NCBI RefSeq assembly: GCF_004010195.1
Contig: NC_057717.1
Coordinates: 74,055,424-74,119,423 of the forward strand
Source of the DNA: Chiloscyllium plagiosum
Taxonomy: Eukaryota
Length of the DNA stretch: 64,000 nt
Direction of reading: 5' to 3'
In this document: positions 41,461 to 55,532 of the stretch, piece by piece
Layout: the number at the start of each line of letters is the position of its first letter
Numbering within the stretch: position 1 is the first letter of the stretch
Made by a program: the position numbers and the translations under genes
The notes under the pieces: generated by a model
Seen by the model: only the letters and a program-made list of their open reading frames with translations
The model's database searches: none
Told to the model about the DNA's origin: nothing

Positions 41461-41569
41461 CGTATAGCCACTCCAAACATCTCTTAAATTTACAATTCAC
41501 GCCTTAGACTGGAATGACTAGTCTTCTTTTGAGACTTTATTTTCTATCACTAGGTTTTGAAAACATTAA

Positions 41570-41945
41570 CTCGAACTGTGTACTCTGCAATTCCCTTTTC
41601 TGTTGCGTGACCTAGCTAACCTCTCTGAGAATGCATTTCTGCACTGTTTTCACGGTGGCCTCTGTTGGATATTCTTCCTCTTGTTGTGCAGTGGGCGCTG
41701 TGTAATTCCATCTATAGTTGTGGTGTTCGAACCGAATTCTCCATGAATCCTCAGTCATTTCTCAGTGTCACCCTGTACCGCATGTTATTTATTCTGTTCA
41801 GAACCGTGACCTCCACAATCACGTCTTTAGTTCTGCTAACTCAGCAGACCTACTCAGCAATGCCCATCAGTCACTTTTCTGTACCAACTTCTGTTCTTGG
41901 CTCATCTTCCTTTTCAGCACCGTGTCCTGGATAATCCACTTATCA
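41570..41945. repeat. Block of the same ~115-bp repeat
   Basis: TAGTTGTGGTG..TTCTCCATGAATCCTCAGTCA units. Confidence 0.6.
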
Positions 41946-41949
41946 GTAA

Positions 41950-42487
41950 GAATCACAGAGAGAGTCATAGAGTCCCACAGCACGGAGACAGGCCCTTTGG
42001 CTCAAAATGGTCCAGCCAAACAAAATGTCCATCCCTGCTAACTCAACTTCAATGCACTTGGCAGATATCCTTCTAAATCATTCCTATCCACGTATTTGTC
42101 CAAACGCCTTTTAAATGTTGTTAAGGTACCTACCTCAACCATTTCTGCCGGTAACTCATTCCATATGCATACCACTCTCTGTGTATGCAAGTTGTCTCTC
42201 AGGTTCTCTTTTATCTTTTTCCCTCCAACAGTAAACTGAAGATCGTCTCGTCCTCGGTTGTCCACAGCTGGGAAAAAGACGAAGCGCATTCACCTTATTC
42301 ATACCTCTCATGATTTTATATACATCTATAAGATCTCCCCTCAGTCTGCTACGCTCTGAAGAAAAAGCTACTAGCTTGTTAAAACATTCTTGTAAATTTC
42401 TTCTGCACTCTTTCCAGCTTAATCCTTTAGCAAGGTGACCAAAACTGAACACAATAGTCCAAGTGGGGCCTCACCGACATCCTGCAC
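41950..42487 (-). mobile_element. CR1 LINE 3' fragment
   Basis: RLRGDLIDVYKIMRG; QRVVCIWNELPAEMVE. Confidence 0.85.
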
Positions 42488-45480
42488 AAAGAACAAAGAA
42501 AAGTTACAGCCTATGTACAGGCCCTTCCGCCCTCCAAGCCTGAGCCGATAAAAATCCATTGTCTAAACCTATCACCCAATTCCTAAGCTTTTGTATCCGG
42601 CTGCTCCTGACCTACTCTAGCATCTGTCCAGACGCACCTTAAATGAAACTACAGTGCCTGCCTCTACTACCTCTGCTGGCAACGCGTTCCAGGCACCTAT
42701 CATCCTCTGCGCAAAGTACTTAAACTTTTCACCTCTTACCTTAAATGTGTGACCTCTCGTTATTGAATCCCTCACCCTGGGAAAAAAAGCTTTATCTATC
42801 CAGTCTATACCCTTCATGACTTTGTAGACCTCAGTCAGGTTGCCCCCTCAATCTCCTTTTTACTAATGAAAACAATCTTAAACTACTCTTGATAGCTAGC
42901 ACCTTCCTCACTAGGCAACATCCTCGTAAACCTTATCTGCACCCTATCCAAAGCCTCCGCATCCTTTTCATAATGTGGCGACCAGAACTGTACACAGTAT
43001 TCTAAATGCAGCCGAACCAAAGTCTTGTACAATTTTAACATGCCAGCTCTTATACTCAATACCCCGTCCGATGGAGGCAAGCATATCATATTACTTCTTG
43101 ACCACTCTATCCACCTGTGCAGCCACCTTCAGGGAAAAATGGACGTGAACGCCCAGATCTTCCTACTCATCAACTTTTCTCAAGGCTCTGCCGTTTACTG
43201 TATAGTTCGCTCTTGAATTAGACTTCCCAAAACGCATCACCTCACATTTGGCTGGATTGAACGCCATCTGCATCTTCTGCGCCCAAGTCTCCAGTCTATC
43301 TATATTCTCCTGTATTCATTCATCGTCCCCTATGCTTTCTGACACTCCACCAATCTTCGTGTCATTTTCAAACTTACTGATCAGACCAACAATACCCTGT
43401 TCCAGATCATATATGAATATTGCAAACAACAGTGACACTAGCACTGATCCCTGTGAACACCACTGGTCACCTTTCTCTATTTCGAGAAACTCCCTTCAAC
43501 TGCTATGCTCTGTCTCCTCTTACTCAACCAGTTCTTTATCCACCTAGCTAGAACACCCTGCACACCATCTGACTTTACTTTCTCCATTAGTTTACCACGG
43601 GGAACCTTATTGAACGCTTTACTAAAGTCCATGTATATGACATCTACAGCCCTTCCTTCATCTATCATCTTGGTCACTTCCTCAAAGAACTCTATTAAGT
43701 TGGTAAGGCACAATCTACCCCGCACAAAACCATGTTGGCTATCACTGATAAGCCCATTCTCTTCCAAATATAAATAGATTTTATCCCACAGTACCTTCTC
43801 CAGCAATTTTCCCACCACTGACGTCAGGCTTACTGGTCTGTAGTTACCTGGAATATCCCTACTGCCCTTCTTGTACAAGAGGACAACATGTGCAATCCTC
43901 CAGTCCTCTGACACCTCATCTATGTTTAAGGGTGCCATAAAGATATCTGTCAGGGTCCCAGCTATTTCCTCTCTCGCCTCCCTCAGCAAACTGAGATAGA
44001 TCCCATCCGGTCTTGGGGATTTGTATGCCTTAATGACCTTTAGCCCACCCAACACATCTTCCCTCCTGATGTCAACATGATCCAATATCTAATCACAAAA
44101 TTCATCACCTTCCGTTCCTCAGTGAACACTGATGCAAACCATATCATTGAGAGTCTCACACATTTTCTCAGTTTCGACATACAGCCTCCCTTCCGTATCC
44201 TTTAGTGGAACAACCCTTTCTCTGGTTACCCTCTTGCTTCTTATTAAGTATAAAATTCTTTGGCATTCACCCTAATTCTGCTCGCCAAAGTTATTTCACG
44301 ACCCACTTTAGCCCGCTTGATTCCTCATTTAAGATTGGTCCTATTCTTCCAATATTCCTCCAAGGTCCGTTCTGTTCTTAGCTGTCTGGACCTTATGTAG
44401 GCATCCCTTTTCCTCTTAGCTCGTCGCACGATTTCTTCTGTCATCCATGGTTTACGAATCTTGCCTTTCCTATCCCTTGTTTTCAAAGGGACATGCCTAT
44501 CCTGCATCATCTTTAACCTATCTTTGAAAGCCTCCAACATATGAAATGCGGACTTTCCTTCAAATAGTTGTGCCCAATCCACATTTCCCAACTCCTGCCT
44601 AATTTTGATATAATTGGCCTTGGCCCAGATTAGTACTCGTCCCTTAGGACCACTCTCATCTTTGTCTACGAATATTCTAAAGCTTACAGAATGGTGGTGG
44701 CTATTCCCAAAACAATCCCCCACGGCAACTTCTATCACCTGGCCTGGCTCATTCCCCAACACTAGGTCCAAAATAGTGCCTTCCCTTGTGGGACTACTGA
44801 TATACTGCTCTTGAAAACCTTCCTGGACGCTCCTTACAAATTCTGCCCCAGCCAGTCCTCTGACACTAAGTGTATCCAAGTCAATGTTGGGGAAATTAAA
44901 ATCTCCCATCACCACCACACTGTTGCCTCTGCATCTTTCCATAATCTATTTACCTATTTGTTCTTCTACCTCACGATCTCTGTCGGCAGGCCTGTAATAC
45001 AGCCCCACCAATGTAACTGCACCCTTCTTATTTCTCAGCGCCACCCATAACACCTCACTACTCAAACCCTCTATAGTGTCCTCCTTTACCACAGTCGTGA
45101 TATCATCCCTGAGCAGCATACCCCCTCCCCCCCCCCCCCCCCCCCCAACTTTTACTTCCCTCCCTGTCCTGTCTGAGGCATTTATATCCTGGAACATTTA
45201 GTTGTCATTCATGGTCTTCCTTCGACCAAGTCTCTGTGATCGCAATAACGTCATACTCCCAGGTACCAATCCATGCTCTAAGTTCATCTGCCTGACCCAC
45301 TATATTCCTTGCATTAATGTATATGTAATTCAGGCCGCCAGCTCTTCAGCTTTCATCTGCTCCTTGCCCACTCTTCCCCTTGGTCATCCTAACTTTGTGA
45401 TCCATACAGTCTCCAGTTTCCACCTCACTAACTAGTAGTCTTCTCTTCTGGTTCCCAGCCCCCTGCCACATTAGCTTTAA
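42488..45480 (-). mobile_element. CR1 LINE ORF2 (APE endonuclease + RT), frameshifted
   Basis: VGLYYRP; MGDFNFPNID; ILDLVLGNEP; NYRPVSLTSVVGKLLE; QHGFVRG; YMDFSKAF; EYCVQFWSPH. Confidence 0.92.
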
Positions 45481-45559
45481 ACTTCCCCAACAGCAGTAGC
45501 AACAAACTCCCCAAGGACATTAGTTCTAGTTTGGTTCAAGTATCGACTATTGCACAACT

Positions 45560-48000
45560 ACAACACAGCTTTCAAACCTCTATACCCAATGCCCTGGCTG
45601 ATAACATCCATTGTGCCAAAAGCCTTCTTCACTGCCTTGTCGACCTGTGACTCCAATTTCAGAGAACAGTGCACCTGAATTCCAAGGTCCCTCTGTTCCA
45701 CGATACTCTTTAAGGACCTATGATTCACCATGAGATTCCAACCTTGCTTTGATTTTCCAAAATGCAACACATCACACTTATCTATACTAAACTCCATTTG
45801 CCATTTCTCGACCCAATTCCCCAGCTGAACACGTTGCTGCTGCAATATCTGATAACCCTAGGCACTGTCTGCGAAAATTCCTATTTAAGTATCATCTGCA
45901 AACCTACTAATCATGCCTTGTACATTCTCATTCAAACCATTGATACAGATAACAAACACTAATGGGCCCAGCACGGACCCTGAGATACTCCATTAGTCAG
46001 GGGCATCTAGTCTGACAAGCGTCTTACCACTATATTTTAACCTCCGCTTGCTACCGTCAAGCCAATTGTATATCCAACTGGCCAGGTCCCCATGGATTCC
46101 ATGCGATCTAACCCTCCAAAGCAGACAATGTGGAAACTTAGCAAAAACCTTACTGAAATCTACAAAGACAACATCTACCGTCCTGCCCTCGTCAACCTTC
46201 CTGATCACTTCATCAAAGAACTCTAACAAATTTGTGGGTGATGATCTCCCACGCACAAAGCCATGCTAACTATTCCAAATCAAACCCTATCTTTCCAAAT
46301 GTACGGTTATCCTATCTCAGAATTTTCTCAAGTAATTTACTCACCAAAGATGATGGGCTTACTGGTCTAGAGCTCTCAAATTGTTCTTTGCAGCCCTTCT
46401 TGAATTAAGGCACAATACGCATTACTCTCCAGTCTTGCAGAAACTCACCCGTGGCTAGCAAACATGCAAAAATATCAGACAGGGCCCGTGCAATTTCCTC
46501 TCTCGCCTCTTGAAATGTTCTTGGACATAACTGTCGGGACCAGGAGATTTATCCACTTTCATACATTGTAACATCTCCTCTACTGTGGTATGGACTGCCC
46601 CCAAGACATTATCAATAACTTCTACAACATCCGAATTCTACTTGTCATTCTCCACGGTAAACACAGAGGAGAAAGGTTAATTCAGCTGCTTGCCTTCTCT
46701 TGCAGTTCTACACATCCGTCGTCCTAATCTCTTTCTAATTATTCTTTTTTTCTTTAATATACTTAAAGAACCTCTTTGGATTCATCATAATTTTCTAAGT
46801 CAAATTTATCTCGTGATACTTTTTCGCCCTCCTGATTTCCATCTTCAATAAACTCCTGTTCGCCATATGTAGCAGAAGCGATTCCCTTGATCCATGGTGC
46901 CAGGATGTGAGCCATGCTTCCTTCTGTTTGCTGGTCAAAGCTTCAATATCTCTTGTCATCTATGGTTCCCTATTCCTGCCAATCTTGCCGTTCATCCACA
47001 TAGGAACATACAGAACTTGAACTCTAGCTATCTCACTTTCAAATATCTCCGACTTGCCAGAGGTCACCTTGCCTGCCATTCAAATACTCCAAACAACCCC
47101 TCCAAGCTCCTGTCTAATTCCATCAAAATTCGCCTTGCCCCAGTTTAGAACTTGAACCTGTGGTTCCGTTTTGTCCCTCTTGCACAGGTCACCTCTGCCC
47201 CAGAAAAGATCCCAACGATCAAATGATCCGAATTCCTCCCTCGTGCATCAATTCTTTAACTACGCATTCATCTGCAATTTCCTTCTGTTTTACCCTCACT
47301 AGCATGTGGCACTGGAAGTAATCCAGATACTACCAGCAACGAGGTCCTGGTTTTGAACTTTTGTCCTCGTTCTTAACCATCACTTCGCAGGACCTCATCC
47401 CTATTTCTAACTAAGTAATTTCTGCCAACATGCGCAATGTCTTCTGGCCGCTCACCTTCCTTCTTGAGAACGTTCTGCAGCCGGTGTGAGACATCCTGGA
47501 CCCTGGCACCAGGGAGGCGACACACCATCTTGGATTCCAGTCTGCCCCCATAACTATCGAGTCTCCTGTCACTAAGGCCCTGTTTAACTTTACCTTTGCT
47601 GCTATGCCCCAGAGCCAGTCAGTGCCACTGATCTGACTGCTTCTGCTTTCCCCTGAACACTCATCCCTGCAACAGTATCCAAAACGGTAAATTCGTTTTT
47701 CAGGGGAATGGCCACATGGGATACGTGCACTATCTGTTTTCTCCCTTTGCCCTTTCATCGTTCTCACCCTGATACTCTCTGCCCGCATCTTAGGTTTACC
47801 ACCTCACTAAAACACATCTCTGAAGAGCTCGGCATCTCGGATGATCCTGAGTAAATCCAAATCCTAACACGGTCTCCCAGGAGCTGAAGCTGCGTGCACT
47901 TCCCACACGTGTGGTCATCAGGAAAGATGGCAACCTCCTGAAGCTCCCATATCCTGCGAGAGGAACATGTGACTGCCATAATTGCCATCTCAATTGCTGT
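45560..48000 (-). mobile_element. CR1 LINE (ORF1 and ORF2 remnants)
   Basis: TCGKCTQLQLL; VTGDSIV; TNLLEFFDEV..DFSKVF; WQMEFSIDKC. Confidence 0.85.
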
Positions 48001-48139
48001 AAGACTAATGCATAAAATCAAAAAAATGACTTTACCTGAGCTTAACTGTATTTTTTACTGAGCCAGTGCTCTGCAAAGTGTCTCGAGCCAAAGCCTTACC
48101 AGTTACTTTGCTGTGGTGTGAAAGCTGATATTTGGCAGA

Positions 48140-49020
48140 ATCCTCCTAAGGTATTTAAAACGAGAACCGTCTGGTGAATTCTCCTGTTGAGCAGCCTTCT
48201 CAGAGCTTGCTTCTTCCAAAATCGTCCTCAGTCATATCTCATTACTGCCCTATGTTGGATGTTCTTCCTGTGCAGCTCTGGGTCCGATAAAATTTCTTTT
48301 GCAGTTGCAGTAAACGAGTTGACCACTCTTGTCATCCTCTTGAATTACTTCTCTCTACTGCACTGTGTTCGATGCTCTTTCTGTTTTCAGCAAGTGGTCC
48401 TCAACGATCTCCATCTCAGCTACGTTCATTCTGCCGGGATCATCCAGAGTCTACTTCAGTCCCTCCACACCATCGATCTCTGTTTGACTCACTTTCCCAA
48501 CCAAGCACCAGACACCCCGTGAAGATCTCCTCAGTTCTGCTCAGAGAGGTAACTTCTTCCAGAATCCTCTCCAATAACGTTTCTACCATCCTCTGTTGGG
48601 TGCTGTTCCTCCTCTTCATCACTGCACTTTCTATCATTCCCTCCGCAGAATATGAGCAAGCTGCGGTCTTTGAGAATCCTCGTCAGTCATTTCACAAATT
48701 GCCTTTGGTTAGCTGATTGCATCCTGCTGCTCACTGGATTCTCTGCAATTCCCATTCAGTTGTGGTGAGTAAACTGACTTCACTCTGAGCTCTTCTTGGT
48801 GATTTCACAATATCAGTCTCTGTTGAATGTCTTTCTTTAGAGCACCGCATCCTCTGTTATCATTCTTTAGTTGTGCTGAATGAGTCAGGTTCTCCCAAAA
48901 TCCTCATGACACCACAAGCCAACTCCAAAATGAATCCTTCTCAGTCAATCTTAACTCCTGCCCTTTGCTGGATGCTCTTCCATCCATCAGCTGCTCATAC
49001 CTCTGTGACCAGTTTCTCAA
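48140..49020. repeat. Block of the same ~115-bp repeat
   Basis: CAGTTGTGGTGAG, CTTCTTCCAGAATCCTC units. Confidence 0.7.
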
Positions 49021-49029
49021 TTCATACGT

Positions 49030-51440
49030 TCGTAAGTTCTTAACATATAGGAACCGAATTAGGCCATTCAGTCCATTGAGTCTGTTCTGCCATTCGATCA
49101 TGGCTGAAACGTTCCTCACTCCCAATTTCCTGCCTTCACTCTGAATGCATTACCAATTAAACGTCGATCTAGATCCTCCTTAAATTTGTTTACTGCCCCA
49201 ACATGCACTGCACTTTGGGGTAGCGAATTCCACAGATTCACAACCCTTTGGGAGAAGTAGTTTCTCCTCAATACAGTTTTAAATTTGCTTCCCCTTACCC
49301 TATGACCTCTCATCCCAGAATGCCCCACAAGAGGAAGCATTCACACTCCGTCTATTTTATCTATACCTTTCATCACTTGAATACCTCATTCTATCTCCTC
49401 TCATTCTTCTAAATTTCAGAGAGTATGAGCCTAAACTGTTCAATCTCTCCTCATACAACAACCGCCTTATCTCTGGAATCAATCTAGTGAACCTCCTGTA
49501 AACTGCCTCCAATGTCATTACATCTTACCTCAAATAAGGGAATAAACTGTGCACAATACTCCATGTGTGGTCTCACCAACAGCTTGCATAGCTGCAACAA
49601 TGCTTCCTTACCTTCATATTCTATTTCTTTCGTTACAAAAGCTAACATTTCGTCTTCTTTATTGTTTGCTATATCTGCATGCTCGTATACTGTGACTCAT
49701 GAACGGGTACACCTACATCCCTCTGTACTGGAGCACCCCGAAGACTCTCCCCATTAAGATAATATTTTTCCCTCCCATTTTTCAATCAAAGTGCATGCTT
49801 TCACCCTTATCCACGTTAAACTCCACCTGCCACATTTGGCCCACTCTCCTATCCTAACCATATCCATACGTGAGGTTGTTATTTCCTCATTGCAATTTAC
49901 TGTTCTGGCTATTGTTGTGTCATCAGAAAATGCGGCTATCGAGTCTTCTATCAATGTATCCAATTGGTTAATGTAGAATGTAAATAGCTGAGGTTCCATG
50001 AGTGAATCCTACAGCACTCCACTAGTTACAGCTTGCCGTCCAGAAAAAAAAAACATTTATCTGGCCTCTCTCTCTCTTCTGTCCATCAACCAGTCTTCTA
50101 TCCATGCTAAGAAATTTACCTGATCCCAAATGATATAGCCTTATGATTGTTTTTGTGGCATCTTCCTGTTGTCCATATAAATTTCATTACAGAATCACCG
50201 TTATCCATGCTTGTTACATCTTCGAAGAACTCTAGCAAATTAGTCAAATATAATTTGCCTTTCCTAAAACCGTGCTGACTCCGATGGATAGATTTTTGAC
50301 TTTCCACATGTCCTGATATTGCTTCCTGAAAAATTTATTCTAACGCTCTCCCAACAATACATGTTCAACTAACTGGTCTGTTGTTTCCTACATTTTACCT
50401 CCCTCCATTTTTGAATATGGGTGTTATATCAGCCATTTTCCAATCCACTGGAATCTTTTCCGTATTCAGGGAATTTTGGAATAATATAATCAATGGGTCT
50501 GCTGTCTGCACTCTCACTTCTTTAAATACCCTAGGAAGTAGGCCATCAGGCCTAGGGAACTCAAATCTGTTAGTTTTATTAGGGCATTCCCCCTATCGAT
50601 GTTGATTGTTCTAAGTTCTACAAAATCTATTGTCTCTGGCTTGCTCGTTCCAACAGGAATGTTACTATTGTCGTCGATCGTGAAAACAGAGGCTAAGTTT
50701 TGATTCAGCATCTCTGCCACCTCAGTGTTCCCACTATTAACTGTCCGGTTTCATCTTCCAAGGGACCAACTCTCACATTAGAGATTCTTTCCTTTTATAT
50801 GCCTACAGAAGCTTTAGCTATACTTTTTGATAGTTTGTGCTAGTTTTCTTTCATACGTTCCCTAAGATATTTTTTAGTATTCCTATGTTTATGTTTGAAA
50901 GTTTTCCAATCTTCCAAACTGCCACTGGACTTCTCAATATTGCACACCTTAGGTTTTAACTTTATATTATCCTTGACCTCCTTGTTTAGCCATGCATAAT
51001 GTTTATCCACCTTGCTATCATTCTTTCTTCCTGTGATATATTTCAGTTCTGAGCACTTGAGTAGCTTCTTAAATATCTGCCACTGCTCATCCAATGTATT
51101 AGCATTTAGCCTTCCTGTTCAATCTACTACAGTCAAATCAGTCCTCATGCCTTAATATATATCTTTTGTTTAATTCCAGAACACTACTGTGGGGCTCGAC
51201 GTTCTCACCCCCACACTGAATTTTGAATTCTGTCATACAATGGTCAGTACTCCCTACAGGATCCGTAACTATTTAGTCATCAATTAATCTCAACCCCAAC
51301 ACTGATAACCAAATCCAGAGTAGCCTGCCCCTGATTGGTTCCACAACATAGTGCACCAAGATACAATCCCGAACACATTCATGCCTCCACGCTACCCTTG
51401 CCAATTTGATTTTTCCTATCTATGTGCATGTCAAAATCAT
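49030..51440 (-). mobile_element. CR1 LINE ORF2 remnant
   Basis: DDFDMHID; SQHGFRKG..TNLLEFFED; FSDDT; SQRVVNLWNSLP. Confidence 0.85.
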
Positions 51441-51870
51441 CTATGATTATTGCATTGGTGATCAGGCTGACATCTTTCAGAATATTCCTCAGAGACGTTT
51501 CAATATCTCCCACTATTGGATGGTTTCTATCCTGTGTGTGTATCAGGTCCTTCGTCATTGTCTTTTCAGTTATCATGATGGAGCTGACTTCTTCCAGAAT
51601 CTTCCTCAGTTTCTTCACATCACTGCGTCCATGGAATTCAATTTCTCCTGTTGAGCATTGGATCCTATGCATTCCAAACATTAATTGATTTCACTGAGCC
51701 AACTTCTCCAAGAAACCGGCTCAAATTGTTCTCACTACGGCTGTCTCTTGAATGGTAGGCCTTCTGCCTTCTGCCGCCCTTCTGATCATCTGCAGTACCA
51801 TCTCAGCACTGCTGAGCAAGCCAACTTCGCAGAATCCTCCTCAGCTGCTTCTTACCATCAGTCTCTGCTG
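51440..51870. repeat. Block of the same ~115-bp repeat
   Basis: GAGCTGACTTCTTCCAGAATCTTCCTCAG, CCAACTTCTCCAAGAA units. Confidence 0.65.
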
Positions 51871-51872
51871 TG

Positions 51873-52628
51873 TCATAGAGTCATAGAGATGTACAGCATG
51901 GAAACAGGCCCTTCGGTCCAACCCGTCCATGCCGACCATATATCCTAACCCAATCTAGTGCCACCTGCCAGCACCCGGCCTATATCCCTCCAAACCCTTC
52001 CTATTCATATACCCATCCAAGTGCCTCTTAACTTTTGCAATTGTACCAGCCTCCACCACTTCCTCTGGCAGCTTATTCCACATACACAAGACCCTCTGTG
52101 TGAAAAGGTTGCCCCTTAGGTCTCTTTTATATCTTTCCCCTCTCACCTACACCTATGCCCTCTCGTCCTGGACTCCCCGACCCCAGACACAAAGTAGAGG
52201 ACCCAGCACCGATCCCGGTGGTACTTCACAAGTTACAGGCTTCCAGTATGAGTGATAGCTTCTTATGAAATCTGTCATCTCCCAGAATACATTTGACAAA
52301 AAAATGTATTGTTATTAAATGTGTAAAATCAGAGTGGATGTCATGAGGAATTTTTATACCTTCGGTAAAGATATAAAAGAGAGCTAAGGGGCAACTTATT
52401 AACACAGAGGGTGGTACGTGTATGTAATGAGCTGCCAGAGGAAGTGGTGGAGGCTGGTGCAATTGCAACATTTAAGAGGCATTTAGATGGGTATATGAAT
52501 CGGAAGGATTTGGGGGGATATGAGCCAGGTGCTGGCAGTTGGGACTGGATTGGGTTAGGATATCTGGTCGGCATGTACGGGTTGGACTGAATGGTCTGTT
52601 TCCATGCTGTACATCTCTATGACTCTAT
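51873..52628. mobile_element. Two CR1 3' ends of one family in inverted orientation
   Basis: 51873-~52150 (-) and ~52365-52628 (+) are near reverse complements (TCATAGAGATGTACAGCATGGAAACAG / CTGTTTCCATGCTGTACATCTCTATGA). Confidence 0.8.
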
Positions 52629-53404
52629 ACTGTTGATTTTTATATTGAAGTTTACATGTTCCAGTTAAGATTTCTCATGCATCATCTCCTATCACATTAC
52701 GTCATCGATGGAACGATGATGCTAAACATCTCGATTTCACAAGCAGATGATTTAAGAGGGCAGGGAGTTGACGTTATCCAGGTGGAATTTAATAAAACAT
52801 TTGACAACATTAATTATGGTTGGATGTTCCGGAAGCTTAAGTCACATTAAATCAACGGTGTTGTTGGCAAGTTGGTAAGTTGAATTAAAACAAAACTTGC
52901 CTAGTCATTGTAGACAGACTGGAGCTGTGGAGGGTTTTGTTTTCTATCTTACTGGAGATTTGTGACCAGTGATAATGAAGTCACAGTCATACATCATCCA
53001 AAAAGATCATTTTGGACCAACAAATACCAAACTACTAAATGAAACCGAATGAACTGCCGGTCCTGAAATTGAAACAAAGACAGAGGTTTCTGGAAAATCT
53101 CTGCAGCTGTGGTATCATCTGTGAAAAGAAAACAATGTTCATGCGTTGGGTCTCATAACCCTTCCTCACAACAGCAAACGACATTCATCCCATTTACGTG
53201 AATTTGACCCATAACCTACTAAACCCTGGCAATTTGTCTGCCTATTCACATCTCAAACATGCAAGATCATCTACCTCGACGAAACTCTCAGTTGACACAA
53301 TCTATATTACCTTTGAATCATAAAAGCCTTTCTCTGATCCCCTCTTAGCAGTTGCTCCTCACATTAAATTTATGCCCGCTGAAGTTCAACATCTCTGCCC
53401 TGGG

Positions 53405-53752
53405 AAAGGATGGTGGCTCAGTGATTCGCACTGATGCCTCACAGTTCCTTGAATCCGCGTTCAGTTCTGGCCTTGGGTGACAGTCTGTGCAGACTTTGCA
53501 TATTTTTCGTGTTTCTGCTAGTTTCATCTGGGTGCTCTACTTTCAGTCCAACGACGTGAAGGTTACGAATGTTGGCCATGCTAAAGTATGATTGTTTCAG
53601 TGATGTGAAGTCTAGGGGCATTAGCCATGGGAAATTCAGGGTTACAAGGAAAGGGTAAGGGGGTGGGTCTGGGTAGGATGATCTTCGAGTGTCTGTGTGG
53701 ACTCGAGGTACCAAATGATCCTTTTCTAAACTCAAGGGATTCTATGGTTCTG
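53405..53752 (+). mobile_element. HE1-type SINE
   Basis: GGTGGCTCAGTGATTCGCACTGATGCCTCACAG head; GGGATTCTATG tail. Confidence 0.7.
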
Positions 53753-53754
53753 TG

Positions 53755-55330
53755 AAGAGATTCTCATGAAGTCCTATGTCAGTACCTCTCAAAACGTCAT
53801 ATTCCTCAACGGGATACTCCTCAACCTCAACTGCTCTGAGGAAACCAAGTCCAGTCTCTCCTCATAGCTGAAACTTTTCATTCCAGCCAACATCTTGCTA
53901 AATTTCCTCTACACCCTCCCCAATTCAATCCTGTCCTTCCGATAATGTGGTGAACAGAAGTGTACACAGTATTCCATCTGTGACCTTACCAAAGTTTTAT
54001 AAATTTGTAATAAGACTTATTTGCTCCTTTATTCTCTACTCATCCTCTTTGCCTTCTTCAACAAACTGTCAACAAAGCTGACACTTTCAGGGGTCCATCG
54101 ACTTGTACATGTATTTTGTTCCTCAGTACTCCTCTGGGAACTACTATCCATTATGAATCCCCTCCTTTGATTTGAGCTCCCAACATGCATCATGTCACAC
54201 TCGTCGATATTAAATTTCATTTGATGTTTCCCTACTCAATTTGCTAGCTGATCAATATCAGACTGAACCGGAGACCATCCTGATTATGAGAAACACATCA
54301 ACTTTGGTGCCATTTTAAAATTTAGTAATTCTTTCTTTTCCATTGCCAGCTAGTTGTTAATGTTTCACAAGAATCTGTGCTGGGTCCTCTGTTGTTTGTA
54401 ATAGTTATAAATGATTTGGATGAAAATGCGAGTTGTCTGAGTCGTAGGCTTGTGGGCAACAGAAAGCTTGATGGAATTGCCGACAGTGAAGAAGATTGTC
54501 AAAAGATACCACCGGACATAAAATGGTTGGCAATTTGGCACATGGAGTTTAATCCAGATGAATATCAGTTTGTGTATTTTGGGATATTAAATGCAAGAGG
54601 AAAGTATACAGTGAATGTCACAACACTTTGGTACATTGATATGATCATGGATTCTGTCTGCAAATACATAGCCCCCTGAACGTAACAACTCAGGTACATA
54701 AAGTGATAAAGAAAATGTGTAGCAAGTCATCTATCAGGACTTGAGCATAAAATTGGCTAATCATATTGCAGCTGTATAAACATTGAGTACTTCATATTTG
54801 GAGTGTTGTGTGCAATTCCAGTCGTCACATTATAGGATTTTACGGAGAGGGTGCAAAAGAGATTCATAAGAATGTTGGATAAGGATATAGTAGTGTCTCA
54901 GCTTTACAGGAGGCTGGATGAATTTGGAACATTTGCAAAAGCTTTGGAAATTGTGGCATGATCTGGTCTAATTACATGAAATTTTTGAAGGTTCAGATGA
55001 ATAGTTGGAGTCGTTGCCTCAGGATTCAAATGCCAAATACTAAGGAGGATAACGTTAAGATGAAGGAGGAAAAGTTTAAAGGCGATGTTCGAGGTCAGTT
55101 TTTTTTTAACGCAGAGAGTTTTAGGTGTCTGGAGCACACCACCAGGATGTTGGTAGAAGCAGATTCGACAGCAACGTTTTAGAGTCATTTGGACAGATAG
55201 TTGAATAGGGAGGGAACGTATGTATGTGAACCATGTGCACATAGATGAGATCATTTTAGAATGGAATCATGGTCGGCACAGACATGATATGCTTAAGGGC
55301 CTGTTCCTGCACGGAACTGCTCTAATCGCT
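53755..55330. mobile_element. CR1 fragments (minus ~53755-54300, plus ~54370-55330)
   Basis: MKFNIDEC; LGPLLFVIVINDLDE..WHMEFNPDE; FKGDVRGQFFF. Confidence 0.75.
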
Positions 55331-55532
55331 GTGTTTTATTTAGTGCTATGAGTATGCCATGTCATTTCAAAATGCGTACAAATCGAATTTATTGAACATT
55401 ATTGGGTTTATATGAATTACAGCAAAATTAAATATGACTTCACTTTGTGCTAGAGAACAAAGGGAGAAAGACATCACGTAGGAAAACGTAAGGAATCCAT
55501 AAACTGTGACTCTGGACACAAAAGCTTGACAG

